From an uncultured Clostridia bacterium (GTDB lineage: Bacteria; Bacillota; Clostridia; TANB77; CAG-508), in NCBI GenBank assembly GCA_934162535.1, contig CAKPJC010000001.1, positions 15,577 through 79,576 of the forward strand: a stretch of 64,000 nucleotides of DNA, written 5' to 3'. Within the stretch, counting starts at the first letter, position 1; every line of letters starts with the position of its first letter. The notes under the pieces are model-generated. The model saw only the letters and a list, made by a program, of their open reading frames with translations, was not told the origin of the DNA and ran no database searches. Position numbers and translations under genes: made by a program. Shown piece by piece: positions 1 through 11,900 of the stretch.

Positions 1-852
1 ATTTCGCTTGATGGAGAATCTTGGGGTTCTAAGATAACAATAAATCAAGCAGCATTAGCTGCAGCAACTGCAAATATATACCAATGGCCAACAGCTTTAA
101 ATCCAGTATCTACTACAGGTACTACAAGTAGTGGTAAATTAGAAATGTTTGCAGGAGATGTTGATGCTACAGGAGCAAAACTAACAAATGCAGCAGCTGA
201 AACAGATTTGACAACTGGTGGAGTTGGAGGAAAATATATTGCATTTGATTTATATTTTAAAAATTCATCTTCACAAGCAGATGGTGATAAACTACAATTA
301 AATGCAGGAACATCAGTTGCAATTAATGCTGAAAATGGTAAAGCAGGAACAGGATTGGAAAATTGTATTAGATCAGGACTTGTATTGTATAGTAATTCAG
401 AGGTCATGACTGCTGATGGAACAACTGTAAGAAGTATTGCTCCTGGAACACCAGGTGTATGTATTTGGGAACCAAACTATAACAAACATATTGCAGAGGT
501 TGTAAAAAATGATGCTAGAGTAACATCAGCAGATGCAGTACTTCCAACATATGGATTAAAATCTGCAGGAAATGGAACAATTGAGGGAATAAATGAAGCA
601 ACACCAACAGCACCAGAAATAGGAGAGCAAAAAACATTACAAACAGAAGCATCACTTACTGATGCGCTAGAAATGAAAAACCTTGGTACTGATCCAATTA
701 TGTTAAAACCAAATGCAATAATGAAATCAAGAGTATATGTATGGATTGAAGGACAAGATGTTGACTGTATAGATACAGCATCAACAGGTAAACAAATAGA
801 CATAACATTGAAATTCACAAAACCAGAAGTACAACATGATGCTGGTCCATAG
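1..852 (+). CDS. secreted Thr/Gly/Ala/Asn-rich protein, 5' partial (open to window edge); candidate SipW-cognate TasA/camelysin-like matrix protein
   Basis: Frame 1 has no stop from nt 1 to 852, so the track's Met at 145 is internal. Composition resembles a low-complexity secreted protein. It lies same-strand and about 1.9 kb upstream of a clear SipW-type signal peptidase. A hairpin plus T-run follows it. Confidence 0.45.
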   Translation: MSLDGESWGSKITINQAALAAATANIYQWPTALNPVSTTGTTSSGKLEMFAGDVDATGAKLTNAAAETDLTTGGVGGKYIAFDLYFKNSSSQADGDKLQLNAGTSVAINAENGKAGTGLENCIRSGLVLYSNSEVMTADGTTVRSIAPGTPGVCIWEPNYNKHIAEVVKNDARVTSADAVLPTYGLKSAGNGTIEGINEATPTAPEIGEQKTLQTEASLTDALEMKNLGTDPIMLKPNAIMKSRVYVWIEGQDVDCIDTASTGKQIDITLKFTKPEVQHDAGP

Positions 853-867
853 TGAGATTATTAGAAA

Positions 868-899
868 AAAGAGTAATATAATATGTTACTCTTTTTTTT
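868..899 (+). terminator. rho-independent terminator (AGAGTAA-loop-TTACTCT followed by T8)
   Basis: Perfect 7-bp stem with a 9-nt loop and a run of 8 T immediately downstream of the stop at 850-852. Confidence 0.6.
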
Positions 900-1011
900 G
901 CTTTACGCAAATTGTTAAAAAACTAACAAAATTGTCAAAAAAATTCAAAAAATATATAGACAGAAAAGCAAATATTTAATATAATGTACACGAGAAAAGA
1001 GGTAGATAAAA

Positions 1012-1140
1012 ATGGACATGAACGAAATAGACCTTAACAAAATAGAAAATGAGGAAGTACTTGATTTATATACAAGAACAAAAGAATTCATAGAATTTTT
1101 AGATAATGAAATAAAATCAAATGAGGTGGAGAAAAAATAA
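1012..1140 (+). CDS. 42-aa acidic micro-ORF (MDMNEIDLNKIENEEVLDLYTRTKEFIEFLDNEIKSNEVEKK), translationally coupled (TAATG) to the downstream gene
   Basis: A good SD (AAAGAGG) sits 8 nt upstream of the ATG at 1012. The stop TAA at 1138-1140 overlaps the ATG at 1140 of the next ORF by 1 nt. Codon usage is native. Confidence 0.45.
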   Translation: MDMNEIDLNKIENEEVLDLYTRTKEFIEFLDNEIKSNEVEKK

Positions 1141-2756
1141 TGAGTAGTCCTATAGAAATATTAAATGAAAAAATCGATACAGACAAAGAGATACTATCTG
1201 TAATGCCAAAAAACACAAAGAAAAACGCTGAACTATATGTAAAAAAAGTAACAGAAATAAAAGAAGGGTATCAAAAATATTTAGAAGAAGTCATTACAGA
1301 AATAAAAAGAAGAGCACACAAAATAAACTCAATAAAAGAAAGTCCAGAAATAAAACAAGTAGAAAAAGAACTAAAAAAATTTGAAGGACTAGACTTGCTT
1401 GGAGCTGGAAATACATCATATGAAAAAATGAAACTTGACGAATTGTTATTCATACTACGCAGATTTTACAAAAATAATTTAGAGCAAGTAAATGAAAACA
1501 TATTAGCATGTATAAGAAGATTTGGAGAGGTAGGAGTTGAATTAAAAGTTGATGACTTCAACTACAGCCCATTTGCAAAAAGATATATGAAAAGATTTTT
1601 CAAAGAATACAAAAAAGGCGATGTAAACTCACAAAACATGAAAGACACATTTGAAAAACTATATTGGGAATGTCCAGACATAATAGTACATATAGAATTA
1701 AATATAAGATACTTATATTTAAAACACGAAAAAGAAATAGATAGACACTTTGCAAATGAAAACAAAGAAATATTAAGAGATTTAGAAACATCTGATAGAG
1801 ACTATCTTGAAAAATACAAAACGCTAAGAGCAAAACTAGATGACTTAAATAGTGTAGACAAAAAAGTAATGTTAGACAAATTCTTAAACAAAGAATTAGA
1901 TCCAAAAGACTATGAAGAAAGTGCAACAGAAAAGCAAATATCAAAAATGTTAGCAGAGCCATATGAAACATACACAAAAGCTGACTTAAATGAAATAACA
2001 GAAAACATAGTAAAGTTGTCAAAAACACTAGAAGAATTCCAAAACTATTTAAAATACAAATATGTATATGAAGCAGTATTAAAAATATATAAAGAAAAAG
2101 ACAAATACAAAAATGGATATGAAAAACAAAAAAAAGAAATACAAAAACTTGAAAGCAAACTTGAAAAAACAAATAAAAAATATGAAAACACTGATAAATT
2201 CAAAGAAATGTTTATATTCAAGAAAAACAGTGCAGAAAAATTAAAAACACTAACAATAGATATAAACAACCAAATATCTTCAATAAAAGAACTATATAGA
2301 AAAATAGACAGTATAAAGGTGTACGACAAATTTGCAAGTATGCTAACAGACAACTCAACAATACATGAAGCACTATTTCTAGCAGGCTCATTTTACACAT
2401 TTTTAGTAGAAACAATAATTGAAGAAATACAAGACATACCTGAAAAAGAAATAAACGAAAATGTAAAAGCAATAAGGAACTTTATTACAAGCCCATATAT
2501 AACAATAATAAACAATGTAACAATAAAAGAAGACAAAGACATGGCACTTATGATAAAAGACAAATATAATTTATTCAAAATAAACGTAAAAAAAGAAGAT
2601 TTAGAAGAAACAACAATAGGCTCATTAGTAAACACTGTTGATTCAATAATAAATGCATACAATATAGAAAACAGTGGTCTAGAAATAGATGATGTAAAAT
2701 TCATTTTAAAAGCAAATAAAATATTAGAAGACATAAATGCAGAACAAGACAAATAA
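1140..2756 (+). CDS. 538-aa Lys/Glu-rich, predicted coiled-coil cytoplasmic protein of unknown function, located between the TasA-like gene and sipW
   Basis: Long ORF with strongly periodic charged residues, no TM segment and no signal peptide. The ATG overlaps the stop of the upstream micro-ORF. Confidence 0.7.
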   Translation: MSSPIEILNEKIDTDKEILSVMPKNTKKNAELYVKKVTEIKEGYQKYLEEVITEIKRRAHKINSIKESPEIKQVEKELKKFEGLDLLGAGNTSYEKMKLDELLFILRRFYKNNLEQVNENILACIRRFGEVGVELKVDDFNYSPFAKRYMKRFFKEYKKGDVNSQNMKDTFEKLYWECPDIIVHIELNIRYLYLKHEKEIDRHFANENKEILRDLETSDRDYLEKYKTLRAKLDDLNSVDKKVMLDKFLNKELDPKDYEESATEKQISKMLAEPYETYTKADLNEITENIVKLSKTLEEFQNYLKYKYVYEAVLKIYKEKDKYKNGYEKQKKEIQKLESKLEKTNKKYENTDKFKEMFIFKKNSAEKLKTLTIDINNQISSIKELYRKIDSIKVYDKFASMLTDNSTIHEALFLAGSFYTFLVETIIEEIQDIPEKEINENVKAIRNFITSPYITIINNVTIKEDKDMALMIKDKYNLFKINVKKEDLEETTIGSLVNTVDSIINAYNIENSGLEIDDVKFILKANKILEDINAEQDK

Positions 2757-2770
2757 CTGAAAGGTAAAAT

Positions 2771-3376
2771 ATGAAAGATTACTATGATGGAAAAATAAAA
2801 AATAAACAAAAGAAAACAATCCTTAAAAGCATAATAGTAAAATTAATATATATATTATTAGTCCCAATAATAATTTGGGACATAATAATATTATTTCAAA
2901 CAATGAAAAATCCTTATGAAACACCAAATGTATTTGGAATAAAAACATTTTGCATAATATCAGGAAGTATGGAACCAGAAATATCTGTAAATGATGTAGT
3001 AATAATAAAAGAAACTCCAAAGGAGGAAATAAAAAAAGGAGACATAATATCATTTGATAAAAATGGAGACATAATAACACATAGAATAATATATCTTACA
3101 ACAAACAAAAATGGGGAAACAACATATATTACAAAAGGTGACGCAAATAATATTGAAGACGAAGGATATGTTGAATACAAAGATATAGAAGGCAAAATGA
3201 TAGGGAAAATACCTAAAATAGGAAAGATAATCATGGCACTAAAAAGCGAAACAACATTAATAATCACATTAGTAATTTTAATAACAATTTATATTGTAGA
3301 ACAAAGAATTGAACGCAAAAAAGACATAAGAAAAAACAAAAGAGAAAAATATGAAAAAGAAAAAAATAGCAATTAA
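2771..3376 (+). CDS. sipW: signal peptidase I, SipW-type (ER/archaeal-type S26B) with C-terminal TM and basic tail
   Basis: It has the SGSMEP catalytic-Ser motif, the GDIISF, THRI and TKGDANN blocks, and an N-terminal TM; all are hallmarks of B. subtilis SipW. Confidence 0.85.
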   Translation: MKDYYDGKIKNKQKKTILKSIIVKLIYILLVPIIIWDIIILFQTMKNPYETPNVFGIKTFCIISGSMEPEISVNDVVIIKETPKEEIKKGDIISFDKNGDIITHRIIYLTTNKNGETTYITKGDANNIEDEGYVEYKDIEGKMIGKIPKIGKIIMALKSETTLIITLVILITIYIVEQRIERKKDIRKNKREKYEKEKNSN

Positions 3377-3391
3377 GTTGCTATTTTTTCT
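3362..3391. terminator. bidirectional hairpin (AATAGCAA-TTAAG-TTGCTATT flanked by A/T runs) shared by convergent sipW(+) and the 579-aa gene(-)
   Basis: Perfect 8-bp stem. A5 lies on the left and T6 on the right. The stop codons of both convergent genes lie within or adjacent to the hairpin. Confidence 0.5.
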
Positions 3392-5120
3392 TGCCCTTAC
3401 CTCTTGAAGGTGGTACATTATAAACTATATTAAAACATGAGAATTTATCCAATTCATTGTCATCAAGACAATCAAGATAAATATCTAATTCTTTCAAATT
3501 TTTACATGCTGCAATAACAGCAGGATTTAAGTTAGATTGAAACATTAACTCAAAACCTAATTCAATTGCTTCTTTTAAATGTCCATGTTCTTTTTTCTTG
3601 ATTAATTGATATGCTTCTCTAAATCTTGACTTTATAGGATTTTTAAAGTTTTCTGTAGGAATAATATATTCATTTTGTATTAAATCCTTAACAGAAGAAT
3701 ATTTCTTTTTATTTTTCTTATATTGTCTTTGAACTTCTGCTAACTTGTATGGTAAGATAACTTGATTATCTTCTTCAGAGATTATTAATGTATCATTATC
3801 TTTCATTAAATCTATTTCATCTTCATCTTCATCCTCATCTTCGTCATCTATTTCAATTTGTTTTACAGGTTTTTTCTTTTTTGTAACAGGCTTTTCTTCA
3901 ACCACTTCTTCAGCAGGAGCTGGAGTAGGTGCTACTGGAGCAGGAGCTTGTACAGGCTCTGGTACTGCAACTGGTGCTGGTGCAGGTTGTGGTGTTACAA
4001 CAGGAGCTACTGGTTGAGGTTGTACTACCACTGGTTGCTGTACAGGTTGTGAAACTATTTGTTGTTGCATAATATGTTGTGGTTGAACAACAGGCTGTGG
4101 AATTTGTGCAACTAGTTTTTCTGGTAGTGGTTCATCAATAGATGGACTTACAGAATATGTTTTTGCATGTTTTGCTTTAGATTTTGCATTTGTATCAATT
4201 TTTTCAAATTCATCTGAAAATGTTATTTCATTTTTTTCAACAGATATACTTAATGTAGGGTTATTAACACCAATTTCTATAAAACTTTTGTTGCGATCAA
4301 TTCTTGATACATTTATATATGATGGTACTTCAATTGGCATGTTCGTTATTATAAAATACCCTTTGTTTTCACGAGATATTAATAATACATTTTCTGAGTT
4401 AGATATTTGTACTCCGATTGTTTTTATTGTAAAATTAAAGTTATCATCTTCTATGCAAACGGTTGCATCTTTTTCATTGAATAATACTTTGTATGTATCT
4501 TGTACTGTTGATATTGCAAGTATATCATTATCAGATTTTGGGAAGAAACACAAAAGATCTGATGATGCCTTATCAGTTATTTCTTTGATATTTCTTGTAA
4601 CATTTTTCTTTCCTTTTTCCCTGGTTATAGTGTCTCCCATAATAGCTTGTTTAGCTTCAGTTAATTTTGCCTTATTCTCTCCATTAGAACTTATTGCTTT
4701 GTTAGAGATCGCTGATAATTGCTCAAATGAGTTTATTGTTTTTTGCAATATTTCTCTAACAATTGTAATGTTCTTTTCAACTTTTGTAAATAATTTATTA
4801 TATTGTTCTACATTTTGTTTAAGAGAAGTTTTTTGTCCCAAAATTATATCTAGAATATTATATAAGTTTGTTAAATCTTGTGTGTTTATTCCAATTTGAA
4901 GTAGTGCTGTTTCAAGACTTGCTAATAACATATTTTTAAAAACCTCATCATTTGCAAATGTTGTTGAGATTTCTTCTACATATGTATTTATATAGCTTTT
5001 TAAACTGTTTTGGGAAAGTTGAAGGCCGTCAATTAGAGCCATTTCTTTTGTTATTATAGCATCGAATTGACTTGGGTTTTGTAGTTCTTCATCATAATTT
5101 ATCATAATTTTACTCCTCAT
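3381..5120 (-). CDS. 579-aa hypothetical protein with an N-terminal about 300-aa domain, a Pro/Gln/Val-rich linker (PQPVVQPQ...PAPAPVAV), an acidic DDEDEDEDEDE stretch and a basic C-terminal domain
   Basis: Long ORF with native codon usage. It is divergent from the giant-protein operon. I recognise no catalytic motif. Confidence 0.7.
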   Translation of the reverse strand: MRSKIMINYDEELQNPSQFDAIITKEMALIDGLQLSQNSLKSYINTYVEEISTTFANDEVFKNMLLASLETALLQIGINTQDLTNLYNILDIILGQKTSLKQNVEQYNKLFTKVEKNITIVREILQKTINSFEQLSAISNKAISSNGENKAKLTEAKQAIMGDTITREKGKKNVTRNIKEITDKASSDLLCFFPKSDNDILAISTVQDTYKVLFNEKDATVCIEDDNFNFTIKTIGVQISNSENVLLISRENKGYFIITNMPIEVPSYINVSRIDRNKSFIEIGVNNPTLSISVEKNEITFSDEFEKIDTNAKSKAKHAKTYSVSPSIDEPLPEKLVAQIPQPVVQPQHIMQQQIVSQPVQQPVVVQPQPVAPVVTPQPAPAPVAVPEPVQAPAPVAPTPAPAEEVVEEKPVTKKKKPVKQIEIDDEDEDEDEDEIDLMKDNDTLIISEEDNQVILPYKLAEVQRQYKKNKKKYSSVKDLIQNEYIIPTENFKNPIKSRFREAYQLIKKKEHGHLKEAIELGFELMFQSNLNPAVIAACKNLKELDIYLDCLDDNELDKFSCFNIVYNVPPSRGKGKKK

Positions 5121-5204
5121 TAAAATTCATAATACAAAACAAATTATAACATATAAAATATAAATTTCCAACAAAATTTCCAAAAAAAATATATTTTTTT
5201 TATT

Positions 5205-5290
5205 AAAAAAATGTAATAAAAATGTAAAGAAAAAGTAATATAAATGTAATATTAAATACAGAAAAAAATGTAGAAAAAAAAAGTAAAATA
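5205..5290. repeat. helically phased array of A(T/A)GTAA motifs (about 11-12 bp spacing) in a 213-bp divergent promoter region
   Basis: ATGTAA at 5211, 5222 and 5244, AGTAAT at 5234, ATGTAG at 5268 and AGTAAA at 5282, each embedded in A-tracts. Confidence 0.4.
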
Positions 5291-5333
5291 TGATATACTC
5301 TCAATCAGAAGTGTAAACTTGTCAAAAAAGTGA

Positions 5334-5894
5334 ATGGAGGGCAAAATGAGACGTTCAAAAAAAAGAAAAAACGGCATTTTACATTCAACAGGACAGCGAC
5401 GTAGAAACTACAAAAGAAGAAAAAAAATACTATTTTTTGACATAATACTAATTTTAACACTTATTATAATTTTTAATTTATTTGTAAAAAAAGAAGATGA
5501 AATACCAGTAGTAGAAAAATATAGTGAAGAACATCAAAAACAAATAATAAATGAAGAATTAGAGAAACAAAACATAACACAAGAAGCACAAAATAAAGAC
5601 ACAATAGAAATACCTGTGCCAGAAAAACAAAGTGGTTCAATGATAATAAATAAAATAACAATGTCAGAAATAGAAGATGGAAAAACAATATTAAGTTTTT
5701 TGATAGAAAATAAAGGGAAGAGTGATGGAGGTTCATCATTTCCTATTTTATTAAAAGGTGTAGATGGAAATGTAATTTTAAAAACATACATAGATGTACC
5801 AGTAATAAAAGCTGGGCAACAGACAAAAACAAACATAGTAATAGATGAAAAAATAAAAGATGTAGAAAGCACAGAACTCACAGATGAACAATAG
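5334..5894 (+). CDS. small bitopic membrane protein with a very basic N-terminus (RRSKKRKN...RRRNYKRRKK), one TM and an extracytoplasmic domain of about 120 aa; the true start is possibly ATG 5346
   Basis: The ORF has a GGAGGG SD just upstream of ATG 5346. It is the first gene of a probable operon with the giant protein. A TGaTATACT extended -10 lies at about 5293-5301. Confidence 0.6.
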   Translation: MEGKMRRSKKRKNGILHSTGQRRRNYKRRKKILFFDIILILTLIIIFNLFVKKEDEIPVVEKYSEEHQKQIINEELEKQNITQEAQNKDTIEIPVPEKQSGSMIINKITMSEIEDGKTILSFLIENKGKSDGGSSFPILLKGVDGNVILKTYIDVPVIKAGQQTKTNIVIDEKIKDVESTELTDEQ

Positions 5895-5903
5895 GAGGAA
5901 AGA

Positions 5904-8900
5904 ATGAAATACTTTGAGAAATATCAAAAAAGAAAATTTCATAAAAAAATAGTGAACACAGCTTTTTTATTAATATTCTCAATTATAGCAATAACATCAT
6001 ATTATACAGCTAATTTTTCAAAGGCAAAAGATATAATAGAAGTAAATGTTAATATAAAAGATACAATAATAAGTGAAAGCATAGAAAAATGCAAAGTAAA
6101 TGCGACAGAAGGAATTGATGGAGAATCATTTTATGTGAAATTACCAAAATATATTAATAACAAAAAGGTAATAAAATATTCATATAGCACAGAAAATGCA
6201 GGAGTATCAACAGATACAGAACAAACTGCGGAAAACGAGGTAGAAAAAGCTGTAAAAGCAGAACAAAATGTGCCATTAAACCAAATAGGACCAAATGACA
6301 TATTACCAGAAAGCAAAATATATTTAACATCAACAGAAGTAAAGAAACAAGAATTAACAATATTAGCACATTATGATATAAGAGAACAAAATGGCAAAAA
6401 TTTATATAATCAATATATTGAAGATACAAAAGATAATAACAAAATAACTGTATCAGGCTATATGCCGGAAAATGCGAAACTAATAATACAAGAAGTTGAC
6501 AAAAAAGAAGCTCAAACAACAATAAGACAACAAAGCCAAAGACCCATAATATTGGCAGTAGCATATGACATAAAAATTCAATGTGGAGAAGACATATATG
6601 AGCCATACGAATTTGACCAAAACATAAATGTAAAAATAGAAAAAGAAGATTTAAAAGAAAAAGAGACAAATGTATGGCATATAGATGACAAAAACAAAGT
6701 AGAAAAGTTAGAACAAAAGCCAGAAACAAATGATATAGAATTTGTAACAAATGGATTTTCAATATTTGGACTAGAAGATGTAGAAGCAACAGAATTGGCA
6801 CTTGATGGAATGGCAGATAGTATTTTAACAATAGATGATGCAGAATCAGATAAATACTACTGGCAAGGTCAAAATTACACAGAAGACACAACAGGAGAAA
6901 ACAAAAACATATACACGGAATATGCGAACGTTACAGTAAATTATCATGGATATGGATTAAATGAAGTAGAACCAGAAAAAATAGGATATGTATCATTAAC
7001 AGAAAAATATAATATAGTTACATACAAAAAAACTGCACCAATAGTTAGTGGAAACATATCTATTGAATTAGTAGATAATCCATTTATAGATAGACCAACT
7101 GGATACGGATTTGGTGGATGGACATCACCAGATGGGATAATATCAACAGATACAAAGACAAAAACACAAACAATTACTGCAACAGGTTCAAAAAATGTGA
7201 CACTAAACATATATGCAAACTGGAAAACAGCAACAGTAGTGTACTTGAACTCAGATGGAGGAAATGACAACTTAAATGATGGATTATCTCCTGAAACACC
7301 ATTTGGTTCATGGAGTAGAGCATATGAATATTTATATAACAACTCACAAGATAGAACTGACAGAGAAAACAACATAATAGTATTGACAGGAAACATAGAC
7401 TCAACTATGCATGGCTCAAGGACAGTAACAGGTTCACAAACAATGCTTGCAGATGTTACATATGAATCATCAACAACATTCACATCAGGAGAAAAATATA
7501 TATTAGCAACAGGGACAGGAGAAGGAAGCAATGCACTTGCTGGGATAAATGGAAGCATAGAAAATGCAACATTATCAACAACAGAAAAGCCACCAGCAGG
7601 AGCTGAATGGATAATCCAACAATCTGGAAATGGATATACAATAAAGAATAATGATAATTGGCAGTATTTACACCATTCAAGATATAGTGGATTATATTTT
7701 AGTGATTCGTCATTTACTTGGACATATGATATTAACAATAGAAGATTTTATTATCAGACTACTGGATGGAGAAGAACGACATATTATTTAAGATATAATA
7801 ATGGAACATGGACAACAACAACAAATGCGAATTCAGCACAAAGTTTTTATTTTCTAAAATGTAAAGTAGAAAATGAAAGACCAGGTCCAATTGTAAATAC
7901 AAAATCGGATAATATAGGAAGTAACAACAACTATACATCATCAAGAAATGTTGCCTCAACAATAACAAGTTTATATGGACATGTGGATTATAGAGATAAT
8001 GCGATAATGGACTTAACCCAAAATAATTATAGACATATATATGCATATGCGGATTTACAAATAGAATATTTGAATATAAATGCGACAGGCTACACAAGAG
8101 CATGCGGAACAGACGGAATATCAATAAGCACAAGATATCCAGTGTTTTACGGAAGAGCACACAATTTTAGAATAGGCAGAGGAATAAAACAAGCAGGAAC
8201 AAGCAATGATGCATCAACAGCAGGTGCAGTAATAGGAGGATTTGAATCAGGAACAACAGTAGGAAGTACATATAATTCAAATAATGCATATAAATTAGTA
8301 ATAGAATCAGGAAAATATTCATCAATACTTGCATGGAATATGCGTGATGAAACAGCGAGCTATTATGGAACAGTAAATTGGACTTTAGGAAATGATATAG
8401 ACAGAGTTTTAAAAGAGAATAGTCAATTAAAATCTTATTTTAGAAATACTGTAAATGCAGGAGGAGGAGTAAACGGCAGAGCAAATGTAAGAGATAAAGC
8501 ATATCTGATAAATGTAAAAAGTGGGACTTTTGGAGTGGATGCAGTAACAGATGGATATGGTGATGCATACACATCTGGAATTTATATGGGAGGATATGGA
8601 ACAGGTTCAAGTAGTGGCACAAGAGACATAAGTGATAGATATATGATAGTAGAAGGTGGATTAATATATAACATAAACTGTGGACTAAAGGTAGATAGTG
8701 GAAAGACAGATATATTAACAAAACTTTATGTAAAAGGTGGAGAAATATATAACATTGTCGGTGGAGCAGGATTATCAACTACATACGGTTCAAGAATACA
8801 ACAAATAACAGGAGGAAAAATAAGATATAGTGTAAGTGGTGGTTCAAATGGATATAGTGGGTCAGATGGTGATGGACAAATATCAAATTGCAATACATTG

Positions 8901-11900
8901 GTATATATAGGTGGAAATGCACAAATAGGGGATGAAACACTTGTAGGATATGTAACAGACAATAACACATCAAATGATGACCAAGGAAAATTATATCTAG
9001 TAGAAGCAGGATGCGTTTTAGGAGCAGGAAACGGAAGTAACCCTAATTATACAGCTGGTCAAGTAGACAATTCACATATTATAATTGCAGATGAAGCACA
9101 TATACTAAACAGTGTATATGGTGGTGGAAACTACGGAATAGTAGGTAATAGAAATGGAACAACAGCAAAAGCAACAATAGACATTTTAGGTGGAACGGTT
9201 GATAGAAATGTATATGGGGGCTCAAATAATAGTAGCATATTTGGTTCAACAACAGTAAATGTAAAGGGAGGACATGTTAAAGGGGCTGTATATGGTGGAA
9301 CAAACACATCAGGTACTGTAAGTTCAACAGCTACAGTAAATGTAACTGGTGGAATATTAGGAAATGACACAAATGCAGAAGATAATGAGGCATTATTTGG
9401 TGGAGGATATGGTCAAAGTACAACAGTTTCAGGAAAAGCAACAGTGAATATATTAGACACGTCTTCAAATGTATATATATATGGTAGTGCATATGGAGGA
9501 AGCTCACTTGGTAGAATGAACTCAAATGTTGAAGTAAACATTCAAGATATACCAGGAAACTCAAATATAATATCAATTGTAGGTTCTGTATTTGCAGGAG
9601 GAAAAGGAACAACAACAACATCTGCTACAATTGCAGGAAGTGCAACATTAAATATAGATGGAAGCAATTTACCAGATTGTAGTGTATTTGGTGGAAATGA
9701 TATAAATGGTACAACATCAGGTGCAATAACAGTTAATGTTGGTAGAACATATGAATCAAAACTAAAAAATGCATATGGTGGAGGAAATAAAGCAGGAATA
9801 ACAACAACAACTCCAAGTGTAAGAGTGTATTTACTAGCAAATTCAAATGTAACAAATGCATTTAATGGTGGTAGAGCTGCAAACCTAACATCATCAGGAA
9901 CATCTGATGCAACAAGAGCAATTTACTTACAAGGAGGAAAGGCTAAAAATATATTTGGTGGATCAGACTCATCAGGAACAGTTACAGCAAGTCATGTATA
10001 TATAGAATCAGGTACAGCAGAAAATGTATATGGTGGAAACAATATTGGAGGAACAACAAATACAACATATGTATATGTTACAGGAGGAACAGTAACAAAT
10101 ACATATGGAGGAGGTTACCAAGCGTCAACACCAGCAACAAATGTTAGCCTAACAGGAGGAACAGTAACAAACGGATTTGGTGGAGGAAATGCAGCAGATG
10201 TAACCAATACATCAATATCACTTGCTGGAAGTACTGCAACAAATATATATGGTGGCTCAAATGAAAAAGGCACAGTTTCAAGTACATATGTAACCATAAA
10301 TTCTGGAACAGTAACAAACGTATATGGAGGAAACAACGCAGGTGGAAAATCAGTAAATACAGAAGTAATAGTTAATTCTTCTACAGAAAATGTATATGGA
10401 GGAGGAAATGAGGCTATAACATCTGGAGACACACTTGTAACATTACATAATGCAACAATTACAGGAAGTGCATTTGGAGGAGGAAATGGTGCTGCAGCTA
10501 TAGTTTTAGGAAATAGTGTAATTACAGCCGATGGAACAACAAACATAGCACATGACCTATTTGGTGGAGGAAATGCAGCAGCAACAGGTTCATCATCAAA
10601 AACATCAAAAGTTACAGTTGACATATCAGGAGGAACAATAAGAGGAGATGTTTATGGAGCAGCAAACACATCAGTTGTTACAGGTGAAACACATGTTAAT
10701 ATAGGAACAACAGTTGTTTCAACAACAGGACTAACACAAGGAACAATAGATATTGCAGGAACAGTATTTGGTGGAGGAAAATCAAATACAGCTGGTTCAG
10801 AAGACTACGACTTCTCATTTGAGAGTGTTATAGGAAATACATATATAGACATAAATGCAGAAAATTATGACAATGGAACATATACATATAATATAAGAAA
10901 AAGTATATTTGGAGCAGGAAATGCTGCAACAATGTCAGGAGATGGATACATAAATATAACTAATTACGGAAAAGCTAGTGATATAAAACAAAACATATCA
11001 ATACAAAGAGCAACGACAGTTACAATAGACAATAGTGTAATGTATCTTGAAGGAACAACAGATAGGACAAACGAAATATCGACAGCTGTATATACATTAA
11101 ACAGAATAAAAGATTTAAAAGTAAAAAATAATACAACATTATATTTAGCAAGTGGTGCTAATATACTTGAAAAACTTACAAGTATAGACTCATCAGAATC
11201 AAAAGCAACAGTAACAATTGGTCCAAATGGAGTATTATCAAGAAATGTAGATAATAGAATTTACTTATTACAAGGAAAGAACTTAATTTTAAAAACAGAA
11301 GCTGGTGCACATGGTGAAGTATATGGAATGACATATGTAGGTTTATTCAAAGGAATACTTAATAGAGATACAGGAATATATGGAACAAACTATAATCATG
11401 GAGACACAGTTCCAGCAGATTATGAAGAATTTGCAAGAAATTCATATGTTCAAGGTAAACACTATGATGGGCATGATATAAAAATAGATGGTTTCTATAC
11501 AAACTATGAGGAAGATGGAGTCATTGCAACAAAATATATAGAACCAACACCAGAATCAGCACCATATTATCAATGGATATTAGGTAAAGTTTCAGATGAT
11601 ATATATTATGATGAAATAGAATTAATTGCAACAAAATATGCAACGACATCAACATATGTATTGGACTTAACAGGACTTGATTTCCCAAATATGACAGTAA
11701 ATGTTATAGGATTTGATACATCAGAATTAAGAAATGATGTAATATTAAAAGACAATAGTGAAATACCTAATATTGAAATGGATGCAACAAAAGCAAATAC
11801 AACATTTGGATTAACAATGACAGCAGGAAATACAGGATGGCAAACAAAAGGAACAACAGCATATTACACATCATCAGATAATCAAAATAATGGTACATTT

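Noticed and set aside
45-407. 120-aa minus-strand ORF from the track overlapping the first gene
   Set aside because: It is antisense to a clearly coding plus-strand frame that is open to the window edge and has no SD, so it is a chance ORF.
1600-2172. Several minus-strand F/L/I/C-rich ORFs (for example 1600-2172, 2045-2353, 2393-2809) inside the 538-aa gene; similar ones occur inside the giant gene (for example 6154-6891, 6944-7738) and inside most large genes
   Set aside because: Stop codons are rare on the antisense strand of A-rich coding sequence, and the translations are low-complexity Phe/Leu runs typical of antisense to Lys/Glu-rich genes. They have no SD and overlap strongly supported genes.
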